Virus record (IMG/VR): IMGVR_UViG_3300033144_003327
Span: 1 to 64,000 of that record
DNA from: a virus
Direction: 5' to 3' (one strand)
DNA length: 64,000 bases
Shown one piece after another: positions 9,776 to 19,775 of the stretch. The position numbers and the translations under genes are program-made. The notes under the pieces were generated by a model. The model made no database searches. It had not been told where the DNA came from and was given only the letters and a program-made list of their open reading frames with translations. Positions within the stretch are counted from its first letter, which is position 1; every line of letters begins with the position of its first letter.

Positions 9776-10173
9776 GAGAGAAGTTCCCCGGTAAAACTAG
9801 ATCCCGTGGGTTGAAGGGAAAGGTTTGCGCGGTAAGTTTGAATTCAACATCAAGTGAAGACTCGATAATACTCAGGATCACACTCAGTGAAGATCTCTTG
9901 AGTGAGATGGGATTGGCACTCGGTATGCGAGTCGATATGGATATTGCCGATGGCGTTGATCCGATAGAGATGCTCATCTACGGTGTGGAGGAGGGCGGCT
10001 GGAAGATCCTAGCCAGCGGTGTAACGGGTGACCATAAACACGGTATGATTGTTCCGGTGCTCGCAGTCAGTACCGCACCAGTCAAGAGTGAACGCGCAGA
10101 GATAAAATCCATCGCGGATTATCGTGTGCGCATTGTCGTACCACTGAAGGTTGCAGAGGCATTACAACTATGA
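9766..10173 (+). CDS. hypothetical protein embedded in deazaguanine cluster
   Basis: 136-aa ORF, ATG 9766 overlaps queD stop; coupled to queC. Confidence 0.3.
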   Translation: MRLREKFPGKTRSRGLKGKVCAVSLNSTSSEDSIILRITLSEDLLSEMGLALGMRVDMDIADGVDPIEMLIYGVEEGGWKILASGVTGDHKHGMIVPVLAVSTAPVKSERAEIKSIADYRVRIVVPLKVAEALQL

Positions 10174-10895
10174 ATCAGACAGGAAGGGATATAGACCGAG
10201 CAGTCGTCGTGTACAGTGGCGGCATGGATTCATTCACTGTTCTCCATGAGGCTATAGCACGACACGAAGAAGTCTTCGCAGTGTCGTTCAACTATGGACA
10301 ACGCCACAGCAAGGAACTCTCATTTGCTCACGTGGTTTGTGCGATGTATGACATCCCTCATCGTGTCGTTGACTTGCGAAACGTGAGTGGTTTGATTCAA
10401 GGCTCCTCGTTGACGTCTGACATTGACGTACCCGAAGGTCACTACAGTGAAGAGAATATGAAGGCGACGGTCGTTCCAAATAGGAACATGATTATGATCA
10501 GTTTGGCTGTCGGGTACGCCGTCAGCAAGGACTGCCGTAGTGTCTACGTCGGTGCCCACGCCGGTGATCATGCGATCTACCCGGACTGTCGTAAGGAATT
10601 CTTTGAGGCCTTAAACATGGCGACAGTCATCGCCAACTACACACCAGTCAGCATCTGCACACCATTCATTGATCTTTCCAAAGGCGACATACTAGCGACC
10701 GGAAAGGGACTAGGCCTTGAGGCGAAAGATTATCAACTGACTTGGACTTGCTACAACGGACGCGAACAAGCCTGCGGCAAGTGTGGCGCCTGCGTTGAAC
10801 GGTTGGAGGCGTTTGCTCAATGCGGATGGGACGATCCTCTAGATTACGAAGACCGAGAGTTCTGGGTCGACGCGGTGTCGAGAGCAGGGGTATGA
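10170..10895 (+). CDS. queC: 7-cyano-7-deazaguanine synthase QueC
   Basis: [11 protein letters not shown]-loop, C-terminal CxxC...CxxC zinc site ([11 protein letters not shown]). Confidence 0.85.
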   Translation: MNQTGRDIDRAVVVYSGGMDSFTVLHEAIARHEEVFAVSFNYGQRHSKELSFAHVVCAMYDIPHRVVDLRNVSGLIQGSSLTSDIDVPEGHYSEENMKATVVPNRNMIMISLAVGYAVSKDCRSVYVGAHAGDHAIYPDCRKEFFEALNMATVIANYTPVSICTPFIDLSKGDILATGKGLGLEAKDYQLTWTCYNGREQACGKCGACVERLEAFAQCGWDDPLDYEDREFWVDAVSRAGV

Positions 10896-11455
10896 GCGGA
10901 TCTCGTAACGGTAGGATGGGGGCGTGCCAATACCTCCTGCGGGCAATCGGTGAAGATCCAAAACGGGGTGGACTTGTTGAGACTCCGCAGCGGTTTGAAA
11001 AAGCGTGGGCCTTCTGGACAAAAGGATACGATGAGGACCCCGAAAAGATAATGAAAGTATTTGAAGACGGAGGAGAAAGTTATGACCAGATGGTCTTGGT
11101 TAGAAATATTCCGGTGTATAGTCATTGTGAGCATCATCTTGCTGCTATCTTTGGCGTGGCTCATGTGGGGTATATCCCAGACGGAAGGATCGTCGGACTC
11201 TCAAAACTCAACAGAGTTGTGGATTGCTTTTCACGCAGACTCCAAGTCCAAGAGCGACTCACTGATCAAATTGCAGGATCCATTCATGATGTACTGTCGC
11301 CAAGAGGAGTTGCTGTCCAACTGGTCTGTCGGCACTTGTGCATGGAAAGCCGTGGAGTCTGTCAACAAGGACACGAAACAGTCACCACCGCCCTTAGAGG
11401 ATTGATGAAGACAGATGAAGGAGCCAAGCGAGAATTCTTAGACCAAGTGAGGTAG
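10892..11455 (+). CDS. folE: GTP cyclohydrolase I FolE
   Basis: [31 protein letters not shown] motifs; start at ATG 10892 overlapping queC stop (ATGA). Confidence 0.8.
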   Translation: MSGSRNGRMGACQYLLRAIGEDPKRGGLVETPQRFEKAWAFWTKGYDEDPEKIMKVFEDGGESYDQMVLVRNIPVYSHCEHHLAAIFGVAHVGYIPDGRIVGLSKLNRVVDCFSRRLQVQERLTDQIAGSIHDVLSPRGVAVQLVCRHLCMESRGVCQQGHETVTTALRGLMKTDEGAKREFLDQVR

Positions 11456-11460
11456 AGGCG

Positions 11461-11862
11461 ATGCATAGAGTCATCAGTTGTCTGAAAGAGTTCCACGAGG
11501 CTTTTGGGTTGCCGACGGCAGATGAACCTGGCCTGGTGACGATAGAACGTCGGCACTTGAGGATGAAGCTACTTGAAGACGCCTACCACGAGTACAGGTA
11601 CGCAGCAAGAGCGGATAACTTGCTCAAGGTTGCCGAGTCACTCGCAGACATGGCATACGCTATCGGCGGCGCGGCCCTCGAGTACGGTATACCTATTGAC
11701 AAGATCTTTCTTGAGGTGCATAAGAGCAACATGAGCAAATTGATTGACGGACAACCAAACCTAAGAGAAGACGGGAAGGTGCTGAAGGTTCCCGGATATC
11801 ATAAACCAGACGTCGCGGCTGTGTTGTGCGACGAATTGTATGGAGAAGAAGATGCCCGGTGA
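11461..11862 (+). CDS. MazG-like nucleotide pyrophosphohydrolase
   Basis: 133 aa, EFHEAFGLP...E..E pattern of phage MazG/HisE-like all-alpha NTP-PPase. Confidence 0.6.
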   Translation: MHRVISCLKEFHEAFGLPTADEPGLVTIERRHLRMKLLEDAYHEYRYAARADNLLKVAESLADMAYAIGGAALEYGIPIDKIFLEVHKSNMSKLIDGQPNLREDGKVLKVPGYHKPDVAAVLCDELYGEEDAR

Positions 11863-12430
11863 TGATAAAGACGAGTTCGTGGACCACGTATGGATTACGA
11901 CGTTCACGGACAGGAAGTTCCACCTCCACGGTGATGACCCAGACGACATTGACATGGTTGATATCGCCCACGCCCTGAGTAACCAATGCAGGTTCACAGG
12001 TCACGTGAGACGATTCTATTCAGTGGCGCAGCATTCATGTCTGGTGGCCGACATTGTCCGATTGACGGGCGGCACGTTTGAAGAGGGCCGCTCTGCTCTG
12101 TTGCATGACGCGAGTGAAGCCTACCTTAGCGACTTGGCCGCACCTTTTAAGCGACAGGTCACAGGATACAAAGAAGTTGAACTGAAAATAGAGGCACGTA
12201 TTGAGGCCAAGTATAACCTTGTAGGGAAGACTGATGTCGTCAAGAAAGCTGACTGGCTCGCCTTGTTTGTTGAAGCTGAGAATCTTATCAACGCTGATCC
12301 TACACAGTGGGTCGGCTGGGATGAACACGGTGAAGAAGCCCTGGCACTACGGATAGAAATCATTGCTCAGTTGCCGTATTCAGCAGAGAATCAATTCCTA
12401 GACTACGCCAAGGAATTAGGTATCATATAA
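11840..12430 (+). CDS. HD-domain phosphohydrolase (YfbR-like 5'-deoxynucleotidase)
   Basis: VAQHS ... LLHDASEAYLSDL HD signature. Confidence 0.6.
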   Translation: MEKKMPGDDKDEFVDHVWITTFTDRKFHLHGDDPDDIDMVDIAHALSNQCRFTGHVRRFYSVAQHSCLVADIVRLTGGTFEEGRSALLHDASEAYLSDLAAPFKRQVTGYKEVELKIEARIEAKYNLVGKTDVVKKADWLALFVEAENLINADPTQWVGWDEHGEEALALRIEIIAQLPYSAENQFLDYAKELGII

Positions 12431-13122
12431 TGAGTGCACTCAAAGACAGCGTTGACAAAATTGTCACGACATACTTCACAGCGATTACGCGCAAGCCGTT
12501 CACGTATAAAGGGCAGTCTTATTTCCCTCAAGACGTTCGCGTATCGCCAGGCGTGTTTCGTGGGTATACTTGTCCTACGAATTGTGGTGGGTGTTGTCAT
12601 CGGTTCAGCCTTGACTACCTGCCTATTGAGCCTCGTCCTCCAGGAAACGATAGATTCAGTACGCGATTGGTTGAGTTCAACGGTAAAGAATTTGAAATCT
12701 ATTCTGATACGCAACAAGATCATGACGACCATCACTGCATCAATGTCAACAAAAAAGGTGATGGTCCGCAGGTCGTAGATCCAAAAGTGGGTCTCGGTCG
12801 GTGCCAAATACACGGACACCATCCGTTCACTTGCGACTTTGAGCTGTTAAGATTTTCGCACACTGCTAAACCTGAACGACCAAACTATATCAATCAACGA
12901 TTGTACGGACGCGGCTGGGCCATGCTTCGGGTAGATGGTGAGCGCGGTGCCAAATGTGAAATGATCACAGGTGACCCAACCTGGAGAGCCGATACTCAGA
13001 GAAGAATTGGTAGGTTGATGCACTGGGCAGACTTTTTTGGACTGGATCATTGCCTGCTAGAAATCATCGGTTGGGTGGCGACTGGTCCCCATACTGAACC
13101 ACTATTTATCAAGAACACATGA
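12430..13122 (+). CDS. Cys-cluster protein, CxxxCxxCC (YkgJ/UPF0153-like) - unassigned member of deazaguanine cluster
   Basis: [14 protein letters not shown] then [20 protein letters not shown]; located between HD hydrolase and queF. Confidence 0.35.
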   Translation: MSALKDSVDKIVTTYFTAITRKPFTYKGQSYFPQDVRVSPGVFRGYTCPTNCGGCCHRFSLDYLPIEPRPPGNDRFSTRLVEFNGKEFEIYSDTQQDHDDHHCINVNKKGDGPQVVDPKVGLGRCQIHGHHPFTCDFELLRFSHTAKPERPNYINQRLYGRGWAMLRVDGERGAKCEMITGDPTWRADTQRRIGRLMHWADFFGLDHCLLEIIGWVATGPHTEPLFIKNT

Positions 13123-13133
13123 AGGAGAATGAA

Positions 13134-13679
13134 ATGAACGACCAAACAAAGGGCCTGAAGGCTCTTGGATCAGGAGAAACGAACTATGAATACGAAGGCG
13201 CGAATGCTGATCTACTCGAAAAGTTCGTTTCCCCGTTCTGGGCGGCACCAAGGGAAGGTGACGACGATAATGACGAGCATCATATCGTTCGCAATCCAGT
13301 CGGAGCGGCCGGTAGTGTGCATATTGAAATCCCGGAGTTTACTTCGCTATGTCCGCTCACTGGTCAACCTGACTTCGCTACCATTATCATTGACTACCTT
13401 CCCCGTGAATGGTGCGTGGAATCTAAGTCTCTCAAACTGTATATTGGTTCGTTTCGTAATTCAGGGGAGTTCCATGAGAGCTGTACCTGTCGAATCATCA
13501 ACGATCTTGTGGCACTGCTAGATCCCTACAAGATCCAGGTCCAGGGCAGGTTCACGCCACGCGGTGGCATTCCTTTTTGGCCTGACGCGCAATGGATACA
13601 CCCTGACGTCCACACAGGTGGGCAGCCAGCACCGAAGTCGCAGATTCTAACACCGGGGCGAAACATCTTGAAAGCGTGA
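13134..13679 (+). CDS. queF: NADPH-dependent 7-cyano-7-deazaguanine reductase QueF
   Basis: [17 protein letters not shown] and [18 protein letters not shown] QueF motifs; start at ATG 13134 seven nt after AAGGAG. Confidence 0.8.
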   Translation: MNDQTKGLKALGSGETNYEYEGANADLLEKFVSPFWAAPREGDDDNDEHHIVRNPVGAAGSVHIEIPEFTSLCPLTGQPDFATIIIDYLPREWCVESKSLKLYIGSFRNSGEFHESCTCRIINDLVALLDPYKIQVQGRFTPRGGIPFWPDAQWIHPDVHTGGQPAPKSQILTPGRNILKA

Positions 13680-13716
13680 ATTTCGTCTCGCGATGATTAT
13701 CAAATTAAGGATCCTG

Positions 13717-13863
13717 ATGGTATTAAAACTGAAAGAGATATGGGGTGACTGGAAATGCAAACTCTTCCACAAGACCCATTGGAAATGGAACGTAAGCAAG
13801 GATCTTCCCTTTGGAGGTAACTATTGGGAATGTCAAAAATGCGGTAGAGGCTGGCGCGTATGA
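13717..13863 (+). CDS. small zinc-ribbon protein
   Basis: 48 aa, CKLFH...CQKCG; ATGA overlap with downstream dpdA-like gene. Confidence 0.25.
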   Translation: MVLKLKEIWGDWKCKLFHKTHWKWNVSKDLPFGGNYWECQKCGRGWRV

Positions 13864-14783
13864 ATCTTTTCTTCTCAGGTGTTGGCAAAGGAGTTATTGA
13901 AGTTGATGAAAGACTCGGATCTCCCAGATTTCGGTTGTTTTCCTGTCATGGAGCGTATTTCAAATATGCCCAAAAAACGGGACCACTGGTCTCATCAATC
14001 GACGATAATTTTGAAATCATGCTTGACTCCGGAGCCTTTACTGCTTGGACGAAAGGAGATGAGGTTACACTTGACCACCTTATCCGTGACTATTCAACCC
14101 TCATTGAAGACTTTGGATATCCCATCGAAAAGATATGGCTCATCAACCTTGACAAGATTCCTGGCGCGCCGGGTCGAACGGCTAGCGAGGAAGAGGTGGA
14201 AGAAGCAATTAAAATCAGCGATGAGAATTTTAACAGACTAGAGGAGGTGTTCGGTGCGAGAGTCGTCCCGGTTTTTCACCAAAATGAGAATGAAGCCCGG
14301 TTGGCGGTGGTCGCAGACATGGCTCAATATATTTGCATTTCTCCTAGGAACGATCTTGGGGAGCGCCATCGTCGTACATGGTCTCAAGAAGTCCACGCCA
14401 AACTCCCTCCAGGAATCAGAACCCACGGTCTCGCAACCACAGGTTTCCCGATGATGACGAAAGTGCCGTGGCACAGCGTAGATTCCGCGACCTGGATTAT
14501 GATCGCGGCGTATGGACACGTCTATTTCAATCGACGTCTGCAGACGATGAGTATTTCGGACGACAGCCCAAATATCCATGAAGCCGATAAACACTACATG
14601 AATATCATAGATGAACAGAAAGAAGTGATGGAAGGCCTGATGAAAAAGTGGGGATTCACACATGACGGTCTCCGCAGCGATTTTGTTGAGAGGGCGATAT
14701 GGAATAGACTAATGATGAGCGAGTTGTATCGCTCCGTGGGTGATATCCACGTACCAATGCAAGAGGGGTTATTTGAGCTATGA
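13860..14783 (+). CDS. dpdA: DpdA-like 7-deazaguanine DNA transglycosylase (TGT superfamily)
   Basis: LDSGAFTAW resembles TGT catalytic DSGGFQ motif, TIM-barrel-sized 307 aa, no C-terminal TGT zinc motif, sits directly after queF in preQ1 cluster. Confidence 0.55.
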   Translation: MNLFFSGVGKGVIEVDERLGSPRFRLFSCHGAYFKYAQKTGPLVSSIDDNFEIMLDSGAFTAWTKGDEVTLDHLIRDYSTLIEDFGYPIEKIWLINLDKIPGAPGRTASEEEVEEAIKISDENFNRLEEVFGARVVPVFHQNENEARLAVVADMAQYICISPRNDLGERHRRTWSQEVHAKLPPGIRTHGLATTGFPMMTKVPWHSVDSATWIMIAAYGHVYFNRRLQTMSISDDSPNIHEADKHYMNIIDEQKEVMEGLMKKWGFTHDGLRSDFVERAIWNRLMMSELYRSVGDIHVPMQEGLFEL

Positions 14784-14877
14784 AGATGAACATTAAAATT
14801 GGAAACGTGACAGTGAACTGGGTATCGGTAGTTCTCGTGCTCGTGGCATGGGGCGTGATAATGTGGGTATCGTTCGC

Positions 14878-15351
14878 ATGAAGGCTTGGCTGAAAGTAAT
14901 TAAACTGGGCCTTTTTGGCAAGGTTGCGATTAAGATAGCGGCACCGTTCGTGGTGCCGTTCTTGTCACCTGAAGAAAGGATGGATCATCACTGGTTCGGT
15001 GTCAGGGATGCAACTGACGTCGGATACTGGAATATCGCGTTCAGAAACGCGGGCCATAACATGTTCACTAGACCGATGCCCAAATACACGACCACCGGGA
15101 ACACGGACGATCAGACACTTGAAAAACTAGACGGATTCCAATGGCGTTACCGCGTCAGCCTCAGTGGCCAATATGTCAGTTTTCGTATGACTTGGGGAGC
15201 ACCATCCAACAAAGGCAAAAAAGAGTTCTATATCGGGTGGGTGATGAATGAAACGAGTTATATGCGATTGTCCTTCTTCCAGTTTCGCCCAGGAATTTTC
15301 GGATGGATATTTATCGCTTGGTTGATTTACACCCTAACGGTGATTTTCTGA
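14878..15351 (+). CDS. hypothetical protein with C-terminal TM helix
   Basis: ORF 14848..15351, probable start MKAWLK; hydrophobic C-terminus IFGWIFIAWLIYTLTVIF. Confidence 0.3.
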   Translation: MKAWLKVIKLGLFGKVAIKIAAPFVVPFLSPEERMDHHWFGVRDATDVGYWNIAFRNAGHNMFTRPMPKYTTTGNTDDQTLEKLDGFQWRYRVSLSGQYVSFRMTWGAPSNKGKKEFYIGWVMNETSYMRLSFFQFRPGIFGWIFIAWLIYTLTVIF

Positions 15352-15423
15352 TGGCTGAGATACGAACGATCGTACACATTATGACACCATTTAGAGATAC
15401 GCTTGATGACTTGAGGAAAGCCA

Positions 15424-16251
15424 ATGCACGTCGTAATTCACGCAAACAACGTTCCGTGGCAGGTGGAGTACCTGGACCGGTTCATAAAGGGGTTCGAGAA
15501 ACACGGGATGACAGTGGGGACGGTTCCAAATGACGTAGCGATACCTGATGCGATAAACGTCGTCTTCGCCAACAACTCGTGGAAGAAGACAGTCGCTACC
15601 TGTAGCCTGACTGGAATCCCTCTGCTGACAGTCAACCGCTGCTTTTTTGGATCGCGCCACGATATGGTCGCTATAGGGTGGAAGGGGTTCAACGGTGACG
15701 CTGACTTCAGTCTCCAACCGTTCATGCCGGATGACAGGTGGCTGAAACACGGTTTTCAAATGCCTGAATGGCAGGAAGAGAAGGATGGATATGTCTTAAT
15801 CTGTGGTGAATTCAGAGACATGTCTAACTGGTATCGTTCCCTTGACAAAGAGTTGCAGGGGATGAATGTTCGGTTTAGGCCACATCCGTTCACGAACAAA
15901 ATACCCGCGGCGTGGGAACGTGCGCCAGGCAAATTACAGGACGATATCGAAACGGCGCTGGAAGGCGCGCGGGTCTGTATCACGTACGATTCAATCGCAG
16001 GCTGTGACGCAGTACTAGCCGGCGTACCGTCTGTCGCTTACGGCAGAAAGAGCATGGCACGACCAGTCAGTTGTTCCAGCTGGAAGGAGTACTTGGCTGG
16101 CAAGGCACTGCCGAAACGACTGCCGTGGGCGAGCCGGCTCGCATATTGCCAATGGGACCACGAGGAGATTGAAAATGGAGACTTTTGGACACATCTCAGT
16201 TCCGGAAAATCTTATACCCCAGCCGCCATTCGACATTCGGCCCGCCCTTGA
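15424..16251 (+). CDS. hypothetical protein (possible GT-B-type transferase)
   Basis: 275 aa; GYVLICGE...RPHPF...VCITYDSIAGCDAVLAGVPSV resembles C-terminal Rossmann half of GT-B/TagF-like transferases; weak. Confidence 0.3.
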   Translation: MHVVIHANNVPWQVEYLDRFIKGFEKHGMTVGTVPNDVAIPDAINVVFANNSWKKTVATCSLTGIPLLTVNRCFFGSRHDMVAIGWKGFNGDADFSLQPFMPDDRWLKHGFQMPEWQEEKDGYVLICGEFRDMSNWYRSLDKELQGMNVRFRPHPFTNKIPAAWERAPGKLQDDIETALEGARVCITYDSIAGCDAVLAGVPSVAYGRKSMARPVSCSSWKEYLAGKALPKRLPWASRLAYCQWDHEEIENGDFWTHLSSGKSYTPAAIRHSARP

Positions 16252-16498
16252 TCATCCTAATGAAGAGCATGAGCGCAGATGGAAGGATCGTGTATGGTTA
16301 AGGGATGAGGGTCGTTGTACGTGGTGCAGAAAGTTTGAAGAATATGTGAATCGAATAGAGGTACACCATTTGACTTATGAAAGATTCGGACGAGAAGAAC
16401 CAGGAGACGGATGCCTGCTCTGCGACACTTGCCACAGTGCTGTTACACAGGAAACCAGGACGCGGCGGCGGTTGCGGCAAAGCCAAGAAAAGATATGA
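16169..16498 (+). CDS. HNH endonuclease
   Basis: CTWCRK...EVHHLTYERF...CLLCDTCH = CxxC..HH..CxxC HNH signature; start uncertain (overlaps upstream ORF). Confidence 0.6.
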   Translation: MKMETFGHISVPENLIPQPPFDIRPALDHPNEEHERRWKDRVWLRDEGRCTWCRKFEEYVNRIEVHHLTYERFGREEPGDGCLLCDTCHSAVTQETRTRRRLRQSQEKI

Positions 16499-16636
16499 AT
16501 CAGCGAGAGCGGCCAGGTCCCAGCTCTTGAAATACGCCGCCAAAGAAAAGACACCTTTTGGATCGTGGTATTGGTGCAAATACTGCACATCGTATCACGT
16601 GACAAGTAAACCAGCTGATGGGAAGTTTAGACAATT

Positions 16637-17617
16637 ATGAATATGCTTGACACCTTAAACCTGGTCCGCGGCGCAGTCAATGATCGAAATCTCGTGTCAG
16701 TGCTGACTCACTTCTGTATCCACGAGGGACAGATATACGGCAGCAACGGCAAGATGTCGATCCAGGCGCCGTTCCCAATACTGCGTGAAGAGCCGATAAT
16801 CGTCAACGCTGACAAATTCCTGAAAGCGGTTGACAAGTGCGATGGCGATCCGATATTTGAGATCGTCGATGAGCACCTCATACTGAGGAGCAAACGTCGC
16901 AAAGCAAGAAAGATCCGGTTACCTTTGTCAACGGATGTCTACGCGAAACCGATCGTGTCAGGTAAACGGTATGAGCTCGAGGATGGATACCGCGCCGCAA
17001 TCATTAAGGTGAGAGATTTCGTATCAAAGGACGCGTCGCGTCCCTGGGCGATGGGCGTCCTGCACATGAACGATCATCTCTACGCCACCAACAATGTCGT
17101 GTTGGTGCGCACGAAGTATTCGTGGCCGCCCGAGTTTCCAGTATTTGGCCTCCCCGGCTTCACGGTAGATGAACTCTGCAGGATCAGCCTCGGCCTATCG
17201 CCAAAGTATCTCTGGCACGAAGACAATGCAATCGCATTTGAGTTCGAGGATGGAATTTGGCTGAGGTCCGTCTTGTATGCTGCTAATTGGCCAGACGTCG
17301 AGAAGATGATACCCGACATGAAAGATCTTCCAGAGTTGCCGAGTGACATGCGAGAGGTCACTGAGGATTTGGTTCCGTTCAATGAAGATGACAAGTTTCC
17401 CATCGTTCAGTTCAAAGGGCGGACCATAAAAACGTTAGACGGTGGAATGGTAGCGGAGGACGAGTTGGCAGGGGAGGTGGCAGAAGCCGCTTTTCACGCG
17501 ATTCCGCTCCAGATGGTTCTTTCCCAGGCTGAGAGAATGGATCTATCGCCTTATCCAAAGCCATGCCCATGGTTAGGTAGGGGGTTAGAAGGCATAATCA
17601 TAGGAGTTCGTACATGA
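16637..17617 (+). CDS. DNA polymerase sliding clamp (beta-clamp-like), tentative
   Basis: 326 aa immediately upstream of PolA; N-terminal LVRGAVNDRNLVSVLTHFCIHEGQIYGSNGKMSIQAPFP resembles DnaN domain I. Confidence 0.35.
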   Translation: MNMLDTLNLVRGAVNDRNLVSVLTHFCIHEGQIYGSNGKMSIQAPFPILREEPIIVNADKFLKAVDKCDGDPIFEIVDEHLILRSKRRKARKIRLPLSTDVYAKPIVSGKRYELEDGYRAAIIKVRDFVSKDASRPWAMGVLHMNDHLYATNNVVLVRTKYSWPPEFPVFGLPGFTVDELCRISLGLSPKYLWHEDNAIAFEFEDGIWLRSVLYAANWPDVEKMIPDMKDLPELPSDMREVTEDLVPFNEDDKFPIVQFKGRTIKTLDGGMVAEDELAGEVAEAAFHAIPLQMVLSQAERMDLSPYPKPCPWLGRGLEGIIIGVRT

Positions 17618-17788
17618 GCAAATTCAGTAGGTGGTGGTGGGGTTTGGATCTCGGGCCAGATTATTGGCGAGGTTTCAGGCGCCGCATGTTCGTGTACGCC
17701 GTCCTCGGATACATCATATTCTTCATTATCCCTGACATGTGGGAATGGTTCGTGATTAACTTCTCCTACCGTGGCGAGGTTTCATGAG
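17615..17788 (+). CDS. small membrane protein
   Basis: 57 aa, W-rich with TM helix (VYAVLGYIIFFIIP), ATGA overlaps at both ends. Confidence 0.25.
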
Positions 17789-19775
17789 TCGATGGGACTC
17801 TATTGGCGTGGCGTGGGAAACGCCCACCAAAGAGAAGAAGAAAGGCGGGGGATATATCAGCACAGTGAGACCAGCGATACCTGAGACACAGTGGAACAGG
17901 CCAACTGAATTTCCAAATCTATCAGCGGCGAAGATGATTGCAGTTGATTTAGAGACACGCGACCCGCAACTGCTACAAAAAGGCCCGGGTCCTCGACGCA
18001 AGGAGGAAGAAGGCGGGTTCATCGCAGGTATAGCGGTTGGCGTTGGCCCGCGTGATGGCGAACAATGGTACTTCCCGATGCGCCATGAAAGTGGCGGCGC
18101 CAATTTTGATCCAGATATGGTTCTTATGTGGGCCAGGGATCAATTATGCAGGCCTAATCAACCGAAACTAGGTGCCAACCTCATGTACGATTTGGACTGG
18201 CTCCAAGACGCGGACGTCCCTGTAGAAGGCCCGTTTTATGACGTCCAAGTAGCAGAACCCCTAATTGATGAGAACGCTTTCAGTTATGCTCTCGGCAAAC
18301 TGGCTGACAAGTATGTCGGCGAAGGAAAGACCGAAGACGCGATGTACGAGTGGCTCTCTCTCGCATTCGGCGGCCAGCCTACACGTAGAGACCAAGGCGG
18401 AAACATCTGGAGAGCTCCCGCACAACTCGCGGGACCATATGCGGAAAGTGACGTTAGACTACCCTTCCTGATATGGGAAGAACAACAGAAAATAATCAAG
18501 CACGAAAACCTGGAGAAGGTGCTTGATCTGGAGACTCGTTTGATTCCGCTCCTATTGGCGATGAAAATTCGCGGCGTAAGGGTTGACACAAGTCAAGCGG
18601 CTGAACTTGACGAGGTCCTGGTCAAAAAGGCAACCGAATTCAGAGAACGGCTCATGGAATTCAACCTTGATCCCCAGAGCCGAGACTCGTTGGAGGGATA
18701 TTGCAATGAGCGCGGCATAAAATTCAAACGAACACCTGCTGGTAACTCATCATTTCCTGGCAAGTGGTTAGAGAAACATCAAGACGAGAATCTGAATCTA
18801 GCATATCAAGTTAGGAGGTTAGAGAAACATGCGGGTACATTTATTGAAGGAACGGTGCTTGGGAACGCTATTAACAACAGAATTCACGGACAATTCCATC
18901 AACTGCGAAACGATGATTATGGCGCGGTATCAGGAAGATTCAGTAGCTCTAATCCCAATCTCCAAAATATCCCGGCGCGAGACGAAGAGCTTGGGCCTCT
19001 CATTCGCGGACTATTTCTGCCTGAGCCTGATGAGGTTTGGTACTGCGATGATTGGTCGCAAATTGAATACCGGCTCCTCGTTCATTACGCAGTTGGTGAT
19101 GGTGCCGATCGAACCAGACGAAAATATTGCGACGACCCGACGACCGACTTCCACAAATACGTCGCCCAAATAGCCGACATCGATCGCAAAGAGGCGAAGA
19201 ACATCAACTTCGGCCTCGTGTACGGAATGGGCGAGCCGGCAATGGCGGCCAACATGGGAAGGTCACTCAAAGAAATCAAACCGATATTCAACGAATACCA
19301 CAAAGAGCTCCCGTTTGTGAGAGAGACCTACAACAAGGTCCAGAAGAGAGCTGAACGGCGTGGGTACATTCACACTCTTTTCGGTCGCCGACGACGCTTC
19401 AATTTGTGGGAACCGAAGAATTGGAACGAAGCGCGGGCCAACACCGCCAAACCTCACGCGGTAGCGATCGAGAAGTGGGGCGAGCAGTGGATTAAAAGAG
19501 CTGGTGGCCACAAGGCGTTAAACGCTCTACTTCAAGGCGGCGCGGCTGACATCATGAAAGTAGCGATGGTCGACATCTGGGAGAGCGGCGTCTGTGACGT
19601 TCTTGGCGCACCTCTGCTGACTGTCCATGATGAATTGAACTGGTCAGCACCGCAGACAAAAGAAGCGGATGAAGCCCACCAGACTGCTTTAGAAATTATG
19701 GAAACCTGCGTAGACTTGCGCATACCGCTGAAAGTAACGACAGGAAAAGGAGACAGTTGGGGTGCCGCCAAATGA
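17784..19775 (+). CDS. polA: DNA polymerase I family A with 3'-5' exonuclease domain
   Basis: IAVDLETRD (exo I), RKEAKNINFGLVYGMG (motif B), LTVHDELNWS (motif C). Confidence 0.9.
   Translation: MSRWDSIGVAWETPTKEKKKGGGYISTVRPAIPETQWNRPTEFPNLSAAKMIAVDLETRDPQLLQKGPGPRRKEEEGGFIAGIAVGVGPRDGEQWYFPMRHESGGANFDPDMVLMWARDQLCRPNQPKLGANLMYDLDWLQDADVPVEGPFYDVQVAEPLIDENAFSYALGKLADKYVGEGKTEDAMYEWLSLAFGGQPTRRDQGGNIWRAPAQLAGPYAESDVRLPFLIWEEQQKIIKHENLEKVLDLETRLIPLLLAMKIRGVRVDTSQAAELDEVLVKKATEFRERLMEFNLDPQSRDSLEGYCNERGIKFKRTPAGNSSFPGKWLEKHQDENLNLAYQVRRLEKHAGTFIEGTVLGNAINNRIHGQFHQLRNDDYGAVSGRFSSSNPNLQNIPARDEELGPLIRGLFLPEPDEVWYCDDWSQIEYRLLVHYAVGDGADRTRRKYCDDPTTDFHKYVAQIADIDRKEAKNINFGLVYGMGEPAMAANMGRSLKEIKPIFNEYHKELPFVRETYNKVQKRAERRGYIHTLFGRRRRFNLWEPKNWNEARANTAKPHAVAIEKWGEQWIKRAGGHKALNALLQGGAADIMKVAMVDIWESGVCDVLGAPLLTVHDELNWSAPQTKEADEAHQTALEIMETCVDLRIPLKVTTGKGDSWGAAK

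Noticed and set aside
13119-13133. queF start at the first in-frame ATG (13119)
   Set aside because: AAGGAG lies at 13121-13126 and the downstream ATG at 13134 has ideal spacing. The first ATG would have no RBS and would overlap the upstream stop.
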